From positions 32,001-96,000 of the forward strand of contig CAWGMK010000004.1 of the NCBI GenBank assembly GCA_963823655.1: a DNA stretch of 64,000 nt, read 5' to 3'. Source of the stretch: an uncultured Bacillota bacterium. GTDB lineage: Bacteria; Bacillota; DTU025; MWDF01. Position numbers and translations under genes: made by a program. The notes under the pieces are model-generated. The model saw only the letters and a program-made list of their open reading frames with translations, had not been told where the DNA came from and ran no database searches. Shown piece after piece: positions 19,601 to 29,589 of the stretch (its first letter is position 1; each line of letters opens with the position of its first letter).

Positions 19601-21193
19601 CTAATATGCTATGGCAAGCCCGTCTTTCCTGGACTCCGTTCCTGCAATGTATACCCCATTCACATGATCCCTCATGATCATCTGCCCGCCGCCGAACATC
19701 GCATTGGAGTTTTCGGCTACCGCATCGTAGCCCATGGCCGCCATCTTATCGAGGACGTTCGAAAGGCCCTTCTCCAGGTGCAGCTTTTTCCCCTCCGATA
19801 CTCGGAACCTGGGCATGTCTATTCCTGCCTGAGGGTTCATACCCAGATCAACGATTGCCGATATCAGCTGGGCATGCCCCTGGGGCTGCATGTCCCCTCC
19901 CATTACCCCGAACGGGCCCACGGGGGATCCGTCCTTCATAAGAAAGCCCGGTATTATCGTGTGGAACGGCCTCTTGCCGGGTGCAAGCTCATTGGGGTGC
20001 CCTTCCTCGAGGCTGAAGCACGCTCCCCTGTTCTGCAGGCTTATTCCGTGCTCGGGCACGACTATCCCGCTGCCAAAGCCCATATAGTTGGACTGTATGA
20101 GGGACACCATCATGCCGTCGTTATCTGCGGCGCACAGGTAGACCGTACCCCCTTTATAAGGAAGGCCTGTCTCGGCAAGCTCCATAGCCCTTCCCGGGTT
20201 TATAAGGCGCGCGCTCTCCTTCGCATATTCCTTGTCCAACATCCGGGCGACCGGCACATCGCAAACCGACATGTCGCATACTCTGCTGTGCGCGTCGGCA
20301 AACGATAACCTTAAGGCCTCGGCGATCAGATTTACCCTTCTGGGATCATCTGCAGGAAGGCTTCCCATGTCATATCTTTCCATGAGGTTTAGCGCCATCA
20401 AGGCAACTATCCCCTGCCCGTTGGGCGGAATCTCATATACGTCATAGCCCCTGTAATTCACCGATATCGGATCCACCCACTCGTTGGAATGCCCCGCGAA
20501 ATCCTCCTTGCAGAAGTATCCGCCGCCCTTGTTTGAAGCTTCGACTATCGCATCGGCAAGATGCCCCCTGTAGAAGCATTCTCCCCCGCTTTCGCCGATC
20601 TGCCTGAGGCTTCTTGCGATGGCAGGGCTCTTGAAAAGCTCACCTGCCCTGGGGGCCCTTCCATCCCTCATGAATGTGCTTCTGAAGCCATCGTAGGAGC
20701 CAAGCCTTGAGGGCGCGAAGCCCCAGAAATAAGCAGTGACTGGAGAGACCGGGTAGCCCTCCTCCGCCATTTTCGCCGCAGGCTCCAGCACATCAGCCAG
20801 CCGCATCCTGCCGAACTTCGCATTGATGTCGGCCCAGCCCTTGACGACGCCGGGCACTGTTATCGGCTCCCAGCCGAGCAGCGGCACGCTCTTATGGCCC
20901 TTTGCCCTTAACATGCCGGCATTTAGCGCTTTGGGGGCCCTTCCTGATGCGTTAAGGCCGTGCAGCTTCTTTCCGTCCCAGATAATGGCGAAGAGGTCCG
21001 AACCCAGGCCGTTTGAGGTGGGTTCTGTGACCACGAGGGCGGCAGCCATGGCCAGGATCGCGTCCGCCGCGTTTCCCCCAGACCTCAATATGTCATATCC
21101 GGCAAGCGCGGCAGGCGCCGTGCTTGTCGCCACAGCTCCGTGTTTTCCCATAACCGCGCTCCTTCTGGACGGGAATTCCTGCGTGAAATCCAT
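19601..21193 (-). CDS. ggt: Gamma-glutamyltransferase family Ntn-hydrolase (YwrD-like)
   Basis: GGNAADA, TVPG, PPNGQG, nucleophile motif GGTVYL, LQNRG, KRPFHTIIPG, GVMGGDMQPQGH. Confidence 0.9.
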   Translation of the reverse strand: MDFTQEFPSRRSAVMGKHGAVATSTAPAALAGYDILRSGGNAADAILAMAAALVVTEPTSNGLGSDLFAIIWDGKKLHGLNASGRAPKALNAGMLRAKGHKSVPLLGWEPITVPGVVKGWADINAKFGRMRLADVLEPAAKMAEEGYPVSPVTAYFWGFAPSRLGSYDGFRSTFMRDGRAPRAGELFKSPAIARSLRQIGESGGECFYRGHLADAIVEASNKGGGYFCKEDFAGHSNEWVDPISVNYRGYDVYEIPPNGQGIVALMALNLMERYDMGSLPADDPRRVNLIAEALRLSFADAHSRVCDMSVCDVPVARMLDKEYAKESARLINPGRAMELAETGLPYKGGTVYLCAADNDGMMVSLIQSNYMGFGSGIVVPEHGISLQNRGACFSLEEGHPNELAPGKRPFHTIIPGFLMKDGSPVGPFGVMGGDMQPQGHAQLISAIVDLGMNPQAGIDMPRFRVSEGKKLHLEKGLSNVLDKMAAMGYDAVAENSNAMFGGGQMIMRDHVNGVYIAGTESRKDGLAIAY

Positions 21194-21282
21194 CTGGCAC
21201 CTCCATTAAAACCTTTAACCAGATTGTATCAGACGGGCGCGGGCTAGGCATATGTTAGAATGGATTCACCAAAAGGAGGCAT

Positions 21283-22377
21283 ATGATGAGAGAAAGCCTC
21301 ATTACGCCGCATGGCCCGATAAGCTTCCCCGCCTTCCTGCCGGATGCGACATACGGCGCGGTCAAGGCGGTAGATTCGCAAGACCTTTTAGATGCCGGGG
21401 TCCCTGCCCTGGTAATGAACGCATACCATCTGATGCAGAAGCCCGGCAGCACGACGGTGTCGGCTTTGGGCGGCATACACGAGATGAGCGCATGGGACCT
21501 TCCTATAATGACCGACTCGGGAGGCTTCCAGGCATATTCCGTAATAAAGGACGACCCTTCCAGGGGAAGCATAACCAAGGACGGCATTACTATCCTGCCG
21601 GAGGGGGCCAAAAGGAAATTCGCCCTCACGCCGGAGAAGTCAATACAGATCCAGCTGGCTTACGGCTCCGATATATTAGTCTGCCTGGACGAATGCACCC
21701 ATCCCGATGATGACAGGCAAGTCCAGGAGGGCGCGGTAAAAAGGACCCTTGAGTGGGCCGCAAGGTGCAAGGCGGAGTTTGAAAGGCTGATGTCGCAGAA
21801 GCGCGCAAGATCCGGCAGGCCGCTGCTATACGCAGTCGTGCAGGGCGGCAACTACGAGGACCTCAGGCTTGAATGCTCAAGGGAGCTTTCATCCATGGGA
21901 TTCGACGGGATGGGCTTCGGCGGCTGGCCGCTTGATAAGGACGGAATGCTCATAAAGGATATCTTAAGGACAGTGCGCGAGGGGCTGCCGGAGAGCATGC
22001 CGCTTCACGCGCTCGGCATAGGCCATCCTGATTATGTGATTGAGTGCTGGAACCTGGGATATGACACTTTCGACTGCTCGCTTCCCACAAGGGATGCGAG
22101 GCGCGGCAGGCTCTATACCTCAAGGGCGCCTGTAACGGACGCCACATTCGACAAGCGCTGGTTCAAATACGCCTATATGCAGGATGAGAAGTTCATAAAA
22201 GATAGATCTCCGGTGCAGCCCGGCTGCGACTGTCCCGTTTGCAGGGATTACAGCGCCGGCTACCTGCACCACCTGATGAAAAACGGCGAAGCCCTGTTCC
22301 AGAGGCTCGCCACAGTCCACAATCTAAGATTTATGACCGCGCTCACAGAAGAGCTCGGCAGAAGGGGCAGGCCATGA
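21283..22377 (+). CDS. tgt: tRNA-guanine transglycosylase family protein (atypical pocket)
   Basis: FLPDAT, MTDSGGFQ, LDECT, VQGG, HALGIG, FDCSLPTRDAR, and Zn site CDCPVC...HNL. Confidence 0.85.
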   Translation: MMRESLITPHGPISFPAFLPDATYGAVKAVDSQDLLDAGVPALVMNAYHLMQKPGSTTVSALGGIHEMSAWDLPIMTDSGGFQAYSVIKDDPSRGSITKDGITILPEGAKRKFALTPEKSIQIQLAYGSDILVCLDECTHPDDDRQVQEGAVKRTLEWAARCKAEFERLMSQKRARSGRPLLYAVVQGGNYEDLRLECSRELSSMGFDGMGFGGWPLDKDGMLIKDILRTVREGLPESMPLHALGIGHPDYVIECWNLGYDTFDCSLPTRDARRGRLYTSRAPVTDATFDKRWFKYAYMQDEKFIKDRSPVQPGCDCPVCRDYSAGYLHHLMKNGEALFQRLATVHNLRFMTALTEELGRRGRP

Positions 22378-23199
22378 CCGAAATGGACATCAGGGAGGGC
22401 ATGGCGCCAACTACAGCGGAGAAGCTGGCAGATTCAGTGCTGGGGCCAGTCGCCAGGCGCTTCATCTCGAGGCCTCTTGTCGTGAGGCTCGCCGAACAGG
22501 AGCTATCCAAGAGAAGCGAAAAAGAAGCCTTCAAAGAGGTGAAGGGCAGGCTGCACCAGCTGCTCCTATCATTCGAAGCCAGGCCCGCTGAATACCTCAA
22601 GCTGGCCAATGACCTGGCTGTCGCGGCGGCCGTCTGGGCAAGATGAGCTTAGAAAGGTCGCTCACAAGGGGCTGATGCTGCATGCCAGCACAAGAGAGCG
22701 CCTCATTTTCATGGAAGATTTCTACCGCAGGGTTTTCGAAGGGAAGGCTTACTCCAGCGTCGTAGACCTCGCCTGCGGGCTCAACCCGTTGTCTTTGCCA
22801 TGGATGGGCCTGCCTGAAAACGTAAGCTATCTGGCCGCAGATGCTTCGGACGGGCCGGGCGCAGCTGTTAGGTCGTTCTTCAAAGCCTGGGGCACCGATG
22901 GAAGATTCCTCCACTGCGACCTGTCCCAAGGGCTTCCGGAGGGCCGCTTCGACGTCGCGCTCCTGATGAAGGCCCTTCCTACGCTGGACCGGATCAAGGA
23001 GGGGCTTGGAATCGAGTGCGTAGACGCAGTCGATGCACCGGTTGTCGTGGTGAGCTTCCCTACCAGGAGCCTGGGTGGCAAGCGCAAAGGCATGGGGCGC
23101 AGCTACGAAGAGGGCTTTTCAGTCGCCGCAGACAAGGCAGGCTGGTCATATACGAAAATCGAGTTTCCGGGCGAGCTCGCCTTCATAGTCAGGAAGTGA
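22374..23199 (+). CDS. 16S rRNA m7G1405 methyltransferase family (ArmA/Rmt/FmrO/Sgm), one frameshift near 22620-22640
   Basis: KEVKGRLHQL, HASTRERL, VVDLACGLNP, DVALLMKALP, VVVSFPTRSLGG..KGM..SY. ATGA overlap with tgt. Confidence 0.85.
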
Positions 23200-23205
23200 T
23201 GCTAA

Positions 23206-23950
23206 TTGGATAAGGGCAAGCTGCATGTTGTAGCCACTCCTATAGGCAATATGGGCGATATTACCGCAAGGGCGGTTGAGGTGCTCAAAAGCGCGGACAT
23301 CGTCGCAAGCGAGGATACCAGGACCACCGGGATATTCCTAAGCAGGCTGGGCATAAAAAGGCCGCAGCTCTCCTTCCATTCTTTCAATGAAGAGGCGGCG
23401 GGCATGCGCATCGTTACGGAGCTGGAGCTGGGCAAGAACGTTGCTTTGGTATCCGATGCCGGCACTCCCGGAATATCGGATCCGGGCTATAGCATAGTCA
23501 AGCTGGCAGTTGAGAAGGGCTATGAAGTAACCATGGCCCCCGGGCCAACCGCGCTAATAATGGCCCTGGTACTATCCGCGCTGCCTACATCGAGCTTCAC
23601 TTTCAGGGGCTTCCCGCCGAGGACGTCATCGAAGAGGAGGAAATTCTTCGGCGAGGACATCAGAAAGCCCCCATACTCTGGTATACTACGAGAGTCCGCA
23701 CAGGCTGGTCGAATGCCTGCAAGATATGCTGCAGGCCCTTGGCGATCGCAGGATCGCATTGTGCAATGACCTGACCAAGAAGTTCGAAAATGTCATAAGA
23801 TGCAATATTTCTCAGGCTTTGGTCATGCTTGCAGGTGAGAAAGCCCTTTTGGGCGAATATGTTATCGTTGTGGAAAGCGCAGTCAAAGACAAAGTCAGAA
23901 AACTAAAAGGCAACAAATTCAGGCCGGAAGGTGATGCAGATGGCGAGTAA
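23206..23950 (+). CDS. rsmI: 16S rRNA C1402 2'-O-methyltransferase, frameshift near 23665
   Basis: LHVVATPIGNMGDIT, SEDTR, VSDAGTPGISDPG, GFPPR. Second frame continues ...NDLTKKFE...GEYVIVV. Confidence 0.9.
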
Positions 23951-25110
23951 TGGAGGCAATTCCAGAGGTATCCTCGGTTGGCTGGTACTTCTGATAGTAA
24001 TACTTGGCATAGCTGCCGCATTTTTCGCTTTCAACCTTGATGAGCTGGCCAAGTATGAGTATTACAAGCTTACCTACAAAGTATCGGACGACCCTGCCGC
24101 AAAGGACTTCTCCGGGTTTTATTCCAGGAAATCGGGCAGCATTAGCGTCTCCATGGATATTCGGGCCTTCACCCTCTATGCCTTCCTTGAGGGCGTCGCG
24201 GGATATGAGGACGAGTACGGTGCCACGAAAAGCAAGGAGAGGCAGCAGCTCGACAACGATATGGAATCGAGGCTTGCCGCAGTTCCTGCAAGCAGGATCA
24301 AGCGCTGGAAGGACTTCTACGACAAGCATCCCTACAATGTCTATACATACTTGCATTACGTGCTTGCCCTCGGGACGCCCGCCGGAGTTCGAGTACATAA
24401 TCCCCAAGGCCGACATCGATGAAAAGGATTTCTTCATGCTGGGCGGATTCAACAAGGTGCTAAAGGACTTCTACGAGATACTGAAGATCGACGAGCTCTA
24501 TGCCTGGCATAAAAGCGCCGGCTTCTTCAAAGTCGTAGATGCTTATGACCTGGCCAAATTGCTCGAACAGCAGAAATTCGTGCATAAGTATCTGAGGATA
24601 GACTCGAGCAGGACGTCCCAGATATCGCTTAATGTAATCCCCATGCCCTATGAATCGCACTATGTCGCCTATTCAGTGACGTATGGGCACATGGCCTACT
24701 TAATAGACGGGCCGGACGCCTCGGACGGGAACCTTAATTGGCATGAGTACCTGCATGTATTCGTAAGCCCTGCCGTGAAGAACACGATTTGGGCCTATCA
24801 GTCGAAGTTCAACGACATCTTCGAGAGGAACCGACAGAAGGAATACGTTAAGGGCAGCTATGAGAGGCTTGATTCCTTCGTGGCCGAGTGCATCATAAGG
24901 GCCCTGGATCACAAAATCCAGGTAGCTTACGCGCCGTCATGGGCTAAGGACTCCTTACTGAAGAAGCTCAATGACATGGAGAAGGCCGAGATACTAAACG
25001 GCTTCGCCCTTATCCCATACTTCTCGCAGGAGCTGAGCAAATTCGAGACCGAAGGTGCAATAGACATAACGTCCTTCGTGAAGAAGACTTTATCCGATTA
25101 CACGAATTAG
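23940..25110 (+). CDS. Membrane-anchored HExxH protein (DUF4932-like putative metallopeptidase), frameshift near 24380
   Basis: N-terminal TM helix, then WHEYLHVFV and ECIIRA in the second frame. Start overlaps the rsmI stop. Confidence 0.6.
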
Positions 25111-25130
25111 GACAACCAAATATCAATATA

Positions 25131-25169
25131 CATAGGACAAGGGGCGCCGCTCGGCGCCCCTTGTCTATT
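25131..25169. terminator. Hairpin between convergent genes
   Basis: GACAAGGGGCGCC-GCTC-GGCGCCCCTTGTC. Confidence 0.7.
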
Positions 25170-25204
25170 CTCAGCACTTATTCTATCGGCTGCGCCAATC
25201 CAGG

Positions 25205-26413
25205 CTACTCATACCTCAGCGCGTCCACAGGCTGCAGGGCAGCCGCCTTGTTCGCAGGGTAAACGCCGAAGAACAGCCCGATGCCGATGGAGAATGTCAG
25301 GGCAAGTGCCACCGAATACCAGGGGATTAGCCCGGGCCATCCGGCCAGGCTGCTAACAAGGTAAGCTATCCCAAGCCCGAGTATTGTGCCGACCGCACCG
25401 CCTGTGAAGCTTATCATGACGGCCTCCATCAAGAACTGCGCCAGTATGTCCTTCCTCGTCGCGCCCAGCGCCTTTCTTATGCCGATCTCCCTTATCCTCT
25501 CCGTCACGGATACTAGCATTATGTTCATTATGCCGATGCCGCCCACTACCAGCGACACGGCGGCAATCCCTGCCAAAAGGCTTGTCAGAGTGCCTGTTAT
25601 CGTACTCAGGGTATCAAGGATGTCGGCCTGGTTGGCGACGTTGAAGTTCTCAGCAAACCCCATCTTGGCCAGAAGCGTCTTCTCCACAGCGTTCTGGGCC
25701 GCGGCCATGTTCTTGGCCTCATCAACCGATATATAGATGGTGCTCAGCTCGTCGTTGCCTGTCATGCGCCGCTGGACGGTAGTTATAGGAAGCAGCACCT
25801 GGTCCATCCTGACGCCGGTCATGGCTCTAAAGAAGCCGATCTGCACGGCCGTGTAGGTGCCCGCCACCCTGTACGTGGAGCCTAATATGTTCACCTGTTT
25901 GCCGACAGGCTCTTCTCCTTCGAAAAGGTCCGCCGCCATTTCGTCAGTTATCAGGCAGATTCTGTCTCCCCTTCTGATCTCATCCTCGCTGAATCCCCTG
26001 CCCTTTACTATCTCATAGTCCCTAACATCCAGATAATTGCCGGTGGCGCCTATGACGCTTACGTTAAGGGAAACCTTTCCATACTTGACCGCAACCCCGC
26101 CCTTAGATACTTCGCCTGCCGCAGCCTCTATCAGGGGAACGGTGCGTATCAGCTCATCTAGCACCGAGTTGTCCAGGACAGGAGTCTGCCTTGGCGATGA
26201 CACCTGTTTCTCCTCGCCCGGCATCACGAACAGGATATTGGAGCCCAAGCCCTCGATACTGCTCACTACCTCGGCCCTGGCCCCTTCGCCGATCGCTATT
26301 ATGATGATCACCGCAGCGACGCCAATTACCACGCCGAGGCTGGTTAAAAAGGCCCTCAGGGGATTGGTCCTGATGCCGTTTATGGCGAGCTTCGAAGCCT
26401 CATTAATCCTCAT
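25205..26413 (-). CDS. MacB/FtsX-like ABC transporter permease
   Basis: LGVVIGVAAV, GGIGIMNIMLVSVTERIREIGIRKALGA, YPANKAA..PVDALRYE. Confidence 0.92.
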   Translation of the reverse strand: MRINEASKLAINGIRTNPLRAFLTSLGVVIGVAAVIIIIAIGEGARAEVVSSIEGLGSNILFVMPGEEKQVSSPRQTPVLDNSVLDELIRTVPLIEAAAGEVSKGGVAVKYGKVSLNVSVIGATGNYLDVRDYEIVKGRGFSEDEIRRGDRICLITDEMAADLFEGEEPVGKQVNILGSTYRVAGTYTAVQIGFFRAMTGVRMDQVLLPITTVQRRMTGNDELSTIYISVDEAKNMAAAQNAVEKTLLAKMGFAENFNVANQADILDTLSTITGTLTSLLAGIAAVSLVVGGIGIMNIMLVSVTERIREIGIRKALGATRKDILAQFLMEAVMISFTGGAVGTILGLGIAYLVSSLAGWPGLIPWYSVALALTFSIGIGLFFGVYPANKAAALQPVDALRYE

Positions 26414-27107
26414 CGCCGTACACCCCTTTGGTACGGACGGTGTCTTTTATCAGCAGCCCGTCTCGAAACTGCATGTTCCTGTCCGCGTACGCCGCGATGT
26501 CCTTCTCGTGGGTTATGAGCACTATGGTCCTTCCTTCCTCGTTCATCCTGCAGAAAGCCTTCATGATGTCCTCGCTGTTCTTGGAGTCGAGGTTTCCGGT
26601 GGGCTCGTCCGCAAGGATCATCTTCGGCTCGAGCACCAGCGCCCTTGCGATCGCAACCCTCTGCTGCTCTCCGCCTGAGAGCTGCTTGGGCTTGTGATGC
26701 GATTTGTTCTTGAGCCCCAGGGCATCAAGCGCCTTTTCCGCCTTGCCGCGCCTTAAAGAGGACGGTGTGCCCGCATATGCCATCGGAAGCATGACGTTCT
26801 CAAGCGCTGTTAGCCTGGGCAATAGGTTGAAGGCCTGGAATACGAAGCCTATGTCGCGGTTCCTGGTCCTTGCAAGCTCGGTGTCCCCCATGCCTGATAC
26901 CAGATTTCCGGAGAGGTGATACTCCCCTGAGGTCGGCCGGTCCAGACAGCCCAATATATTCATAAGGGTGGACTTTCCGGATCCCGAGGGGCCCATGATC
27001 GCCACGAACTCTCCCTCTTCGATGCCGAAGTTAACGCCGGCAAGCGCCCTTACGCAGCCGTCACCCATCGGGTACTCTTTAACGAGGTCCTTTACTTCTA
27101 TTAGCAA
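26403..27107 (-). CDS. MacB/LolD-type ABC ATP-binding protein
   Basis: GPSGSGKST, LSGGEQQR, DEPTGNLD. Confidence 0.92.
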   Translation of the reverse strand: MLIEVKDLVKEYPMGDGCVRALAGVNFGIEEGEFVAIMGPSGSGKSTLMNILGCLDRPTSGEYHLSGNLVSGMGDTELARTRNRDIGFVFQAFNLLPRLTALENVMLPMAYAGTPSSLRRGKAEKALDALGLKNKSHHKPKQLSGGEQQRVAIARALVLEPKMILADEPTGNLDSKNSEDIMKAFCRMNEEGRTIVLITHEKDIAAYADRNMQFRDGLLIKDTVRTKGVYGDED

Positions 27108-27111
27108 AGGC

Positions 27112-28266
27112 TCACCTCCCGCCCGTCATCCGGGACCTGAGGTTGAAAAGCCCGCCGCCAGTTTGCGCCTCTTCATCGCCGGGCGTCGTATCCTGGTAAA
27201 TCGTCTCGCCGTCGGTTAAACCCTCTAGCACCTCCACCGAATCATCGCCCTCTTCGCCCAGCACTACCTGCCTTGCTACAGGTTTGCCCGAGCTATCTAG
27301 CGCAATTACCCAGAAGCTGCCGTCCTTCTCATAGGAGTAGCCGTGGGGGATAATGAGCGCGCCTGCCTTCTCATAGGCATTGATGCTGATGTCGGCGCTC
27401 ATGCCGGGCTTCATCTTGTAGTTCACGCCATCTATATCGACGCGCACCATGTAGCTGACCATGCCGCCCGACTTTATCGGGTTCAGGATAATCCCGGTCA
27501 CTGTGCCTTCGAATTCCTGCTCTCCCAGCGCCGGCACTATGACATCAACAGTCATGTCCAGCTTCACCTGGTTGACATCGAATTCCGATACAGGCGCCAG
27601 CACATACCACGAATCCACGGCGATGACCTCGGCTAGCGGGTTCGATGCTCCCGTCGAGGAAAGCTCCTGGCCCAATCTGCCCTCCAGTATCGTGAGTATG
27701 CCGTCAAAAGGCGCCCTGTAGGTAAGCTTGCCCTGGGCGTCCACCAGTTTTTTATATGAGCTTTCAAGCTGGGCGGTGTCCTTTGCAGGAGAAGCGCCGA
27801 GGCCTGGCACTATCGATGAGAGCATCGACAAGTCCATTGACCCCGAAACCTGGCGTACAGCATCCTGCTGGGCTGAGCTAAGCTCTGCTTGCGCCTTGTC
27901 TACTTCCTGCTCAAGCCCCGAGCTTTCGTACTTTACGATAAGGCCGCCCTTCAGCACCGTATCCCCGGGCCTTGCCTTCATCTCCGTCACCTTGACCGGG
28001 TAGGGTATGTAAAGTATGTCGCGCCTTCCCGCCTTCAGCTCGCCTGATGCGCCGATGGACCTTGTTATGCTTCCGGTCGTGGCCTTACCCTCCAAAAGCC
28101 CTTCGAAGGGATCAGCCAGAGAGTCCAGCCTCCTCTGACGGAAATACCTAAGCCCTAATAAAACCGCAACTACCAGTGCGGCGATTATGATTATCCTTAC
28201 GGTCTTGCTCTTTAGCAATCGAAGCCCTCCATTCGTGGTCCGCGTATGCTCTTCATGTGTGCGCAC
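27112..28266 (-). CDS. Membrane-fusion/periplasmic adaptor subunit (MacA/YknX-like); start uncertain
   Basis: N-terminal TM helix, lipoyl-like halves (APFDG), MKPGMSA, VEVLEGLTDGE. Confidence 0.8.
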   Translation of the reverse strand: MRTHEEHTRTTNGGLRLLKSKTVRIIIIAALVVAVLLGLRYFRQRRLDSLADPFEGLLEGKATTGSITRSIGASGELKAGRRDILYIPYPVKVTEMKARPGDTVLKGGLIVKYESSGLEQEVDKAQAELSSAQQDAVRQVSGSMDLSMLSSIVPGLGASPAKDTAQLESSYKKLVDAQGKLTYRAPFDGILTILEGRLGQELSSTGASNPLAEVIAVDSWYVLAPVSEFDVNQVKLDMTVDVIVPALGEQEFEGTVTGIILNPIKSGGMVSYMVRVDIDGVNYKMKPGMSADISINAYEKAGALIIPHGYSYEKDGSFWVIALDSSGKPVARQVVLGEEGDDSVEVLEGLTDGETIYQDTTPGDEEAQTGGGLFNLRSRMTGGR

Positions 28267-28357
28267 TACATGCGATAGAGATAATTGTATGCTATTGTTA
28301 GTTCGAATAATATGAGACCTTTATATTAACGAATTCTGCTTATAGATATCACCGGGC

Positions 28358-28382
28358 GGAACATAAACGGTTCTGCAACGTC
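28358..28382 (+). promoter_or_regulatory. Putative ECF sigma promoter (GGAAC-N16-CGTC)
   Basis: GGAAC ATAAACGGTTCTGCAA CGTC, about 40 nt upstream of a secreted-protein gene. Confidence 0.5.
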
Positions 28383-28421
28383 ATCCGTAATAGGATTATT
28401 ATGCTTGAAAGGCGGAGTGAG

Positions 28422-29003
28422 ATGAGAAAGGTATTTTATTCGGTCATACTGGCCGCAATATTCATGGCGATGTTGATGCCCGCATCCATTCTCCGAGCAG
28501 CGGAAGCGCTGCCGGCCGGACCTTTCTTGCAGTCCAATCAGAAGGCTACGATCGGCGGCTGGGAGATCCAAGTCTCCAACGGCATCAAATGGACCAAGGA
28601 GATGAAGAACACCTCTTCCTCGCAAGCCGGCAGCACAAGCAACCAAGCCGGTAACCAGCAAAGCAACAGCGCAAATAAGCAGACGCAGACGGCATCGAAG
28701 AAATCCCAGGACGGCATGACTTTCGCGCTGATACCTGTGACTATAAAAAACGTCTCCTCGAAGACTTCAAGCCTGCTTGTGGGAGTATGGAACTTCTACG
28801 ATTACACCGGAAAAGCATACCTGATGCTCACTCTGGGAATCGACTTCCTGCCGACAGAGGACCAGCTTAACATGAAGGAGTTCAAGCCCGGCGAGAGCCG
28901 CAAAGGCTACCTTCCCTTCGAGCTGCCTGACGGCCTGGACAAGAAGGACAAATACATGCAGCTGATAATACCCCTGATAGGCAGCGCCACCTGGAAGCTG
29001 TAG
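28422..29003 (+). CDS. Secreted DUF4352-like protein
   Basis: Signal peptide, Ser/Gln/Asn-rich linker, IPVTIKN, PGESRKGYLPFELP. Confidence 0.6.
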   Translation: MRKVFYSVILAAIFMAMLMPASILRAAEALPAGPFLQSNQKATIGGWEIQVSNGIKWTKEMKNTSSSQAGSTSNQAGNQQSNSANKQTQTASKKSQDGMTFALIPVTIKNVSSKTSSLLVGVWNFYDYTGKAYLMLTLGIDFLPTEDQLNMKEFKPGESRKGYLPFELPDGLDKKDKYMQLIIPLIGSATWKL

Positions 29004-29076
29004 CGCATCAGGGATTTCGATAGAAGACGCTCGGCCGAAACCGAGCGTTTTATTTTTGGACCCTAAATGGGCCATC

Positions 29077-29589
29077 CTATCTCCGAAGCAATGCCAGCAG
29101 CGCCTTAAGAAAAGCCGGCAGGTCGTCCGGCTTCCTGGACGTAACCAGGTTGCCGTCCACTACGACTTCCGCATCCTCCCAAAGCGCTCCCGCGTTCGTC
29201 ATATCGTCCTTGATGGCAGTATATGATGTCAGCTTCTTCCCCCTGGCCACGCCCGCCGACGCCAATACCCAGGGCCCGTGACAAATCGCACCCACCGGCT
29301 TGCCGGATTGGACCATCTCCCACGTAATGCGCTTCGCTTCCCTGTCCATCCTTATCTTATCCGGCGCGAATCCCCCTGGAATGACGAGTGCCGCGTAATC
29401 TGAGATGTTGATCTCCTGATATGTTTTACCCGCCATCGCCGGGTAGCCGTACTTGCCATTGTAGATCCTGCCCCTCTCGGCTCCTACTAGATCCACGTCG
29501 AATCCCGCCTCAAGGAATCTGTAGTACGGGTACATAATCTCCATGTCCTGGAACAAATTGTCCACAAATATCGCTACTTTTCCCGACAT
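29077..29589 (-). CDS. PfpI/DJ-1 family protein
   Basis: DMEIMYP, LVIPGGFAPD, GAICHG, VVVDGNLVTSRKPDDLP. Confidence 0.92.
   Translation of the reverse strand: MSGKVAIFVDNLFQDMEIMYPYYRFLEAGFDVDLVGAERGRIYNGKYGYPAMAGKTYQEINISDYAALVIPGGFAPDKIRMDREAKRITWEMVQSGKPVGAICHGPWVLASAGVARGKKLTSYTAIKDDMTNAGALWEDAEVVVDGNLVTSRKPDDLPAFLKALLALLRR

Noticed and set aside
21283-22377. TGT as DpdA of a DNA 7-deazaguanine modification system
   Set aside because: There are no dpdB/C/D, queC/D/E or folE genes nearby, and the motifs look like tRNA-type TGT. It is not formally excluded without a phylogeny.
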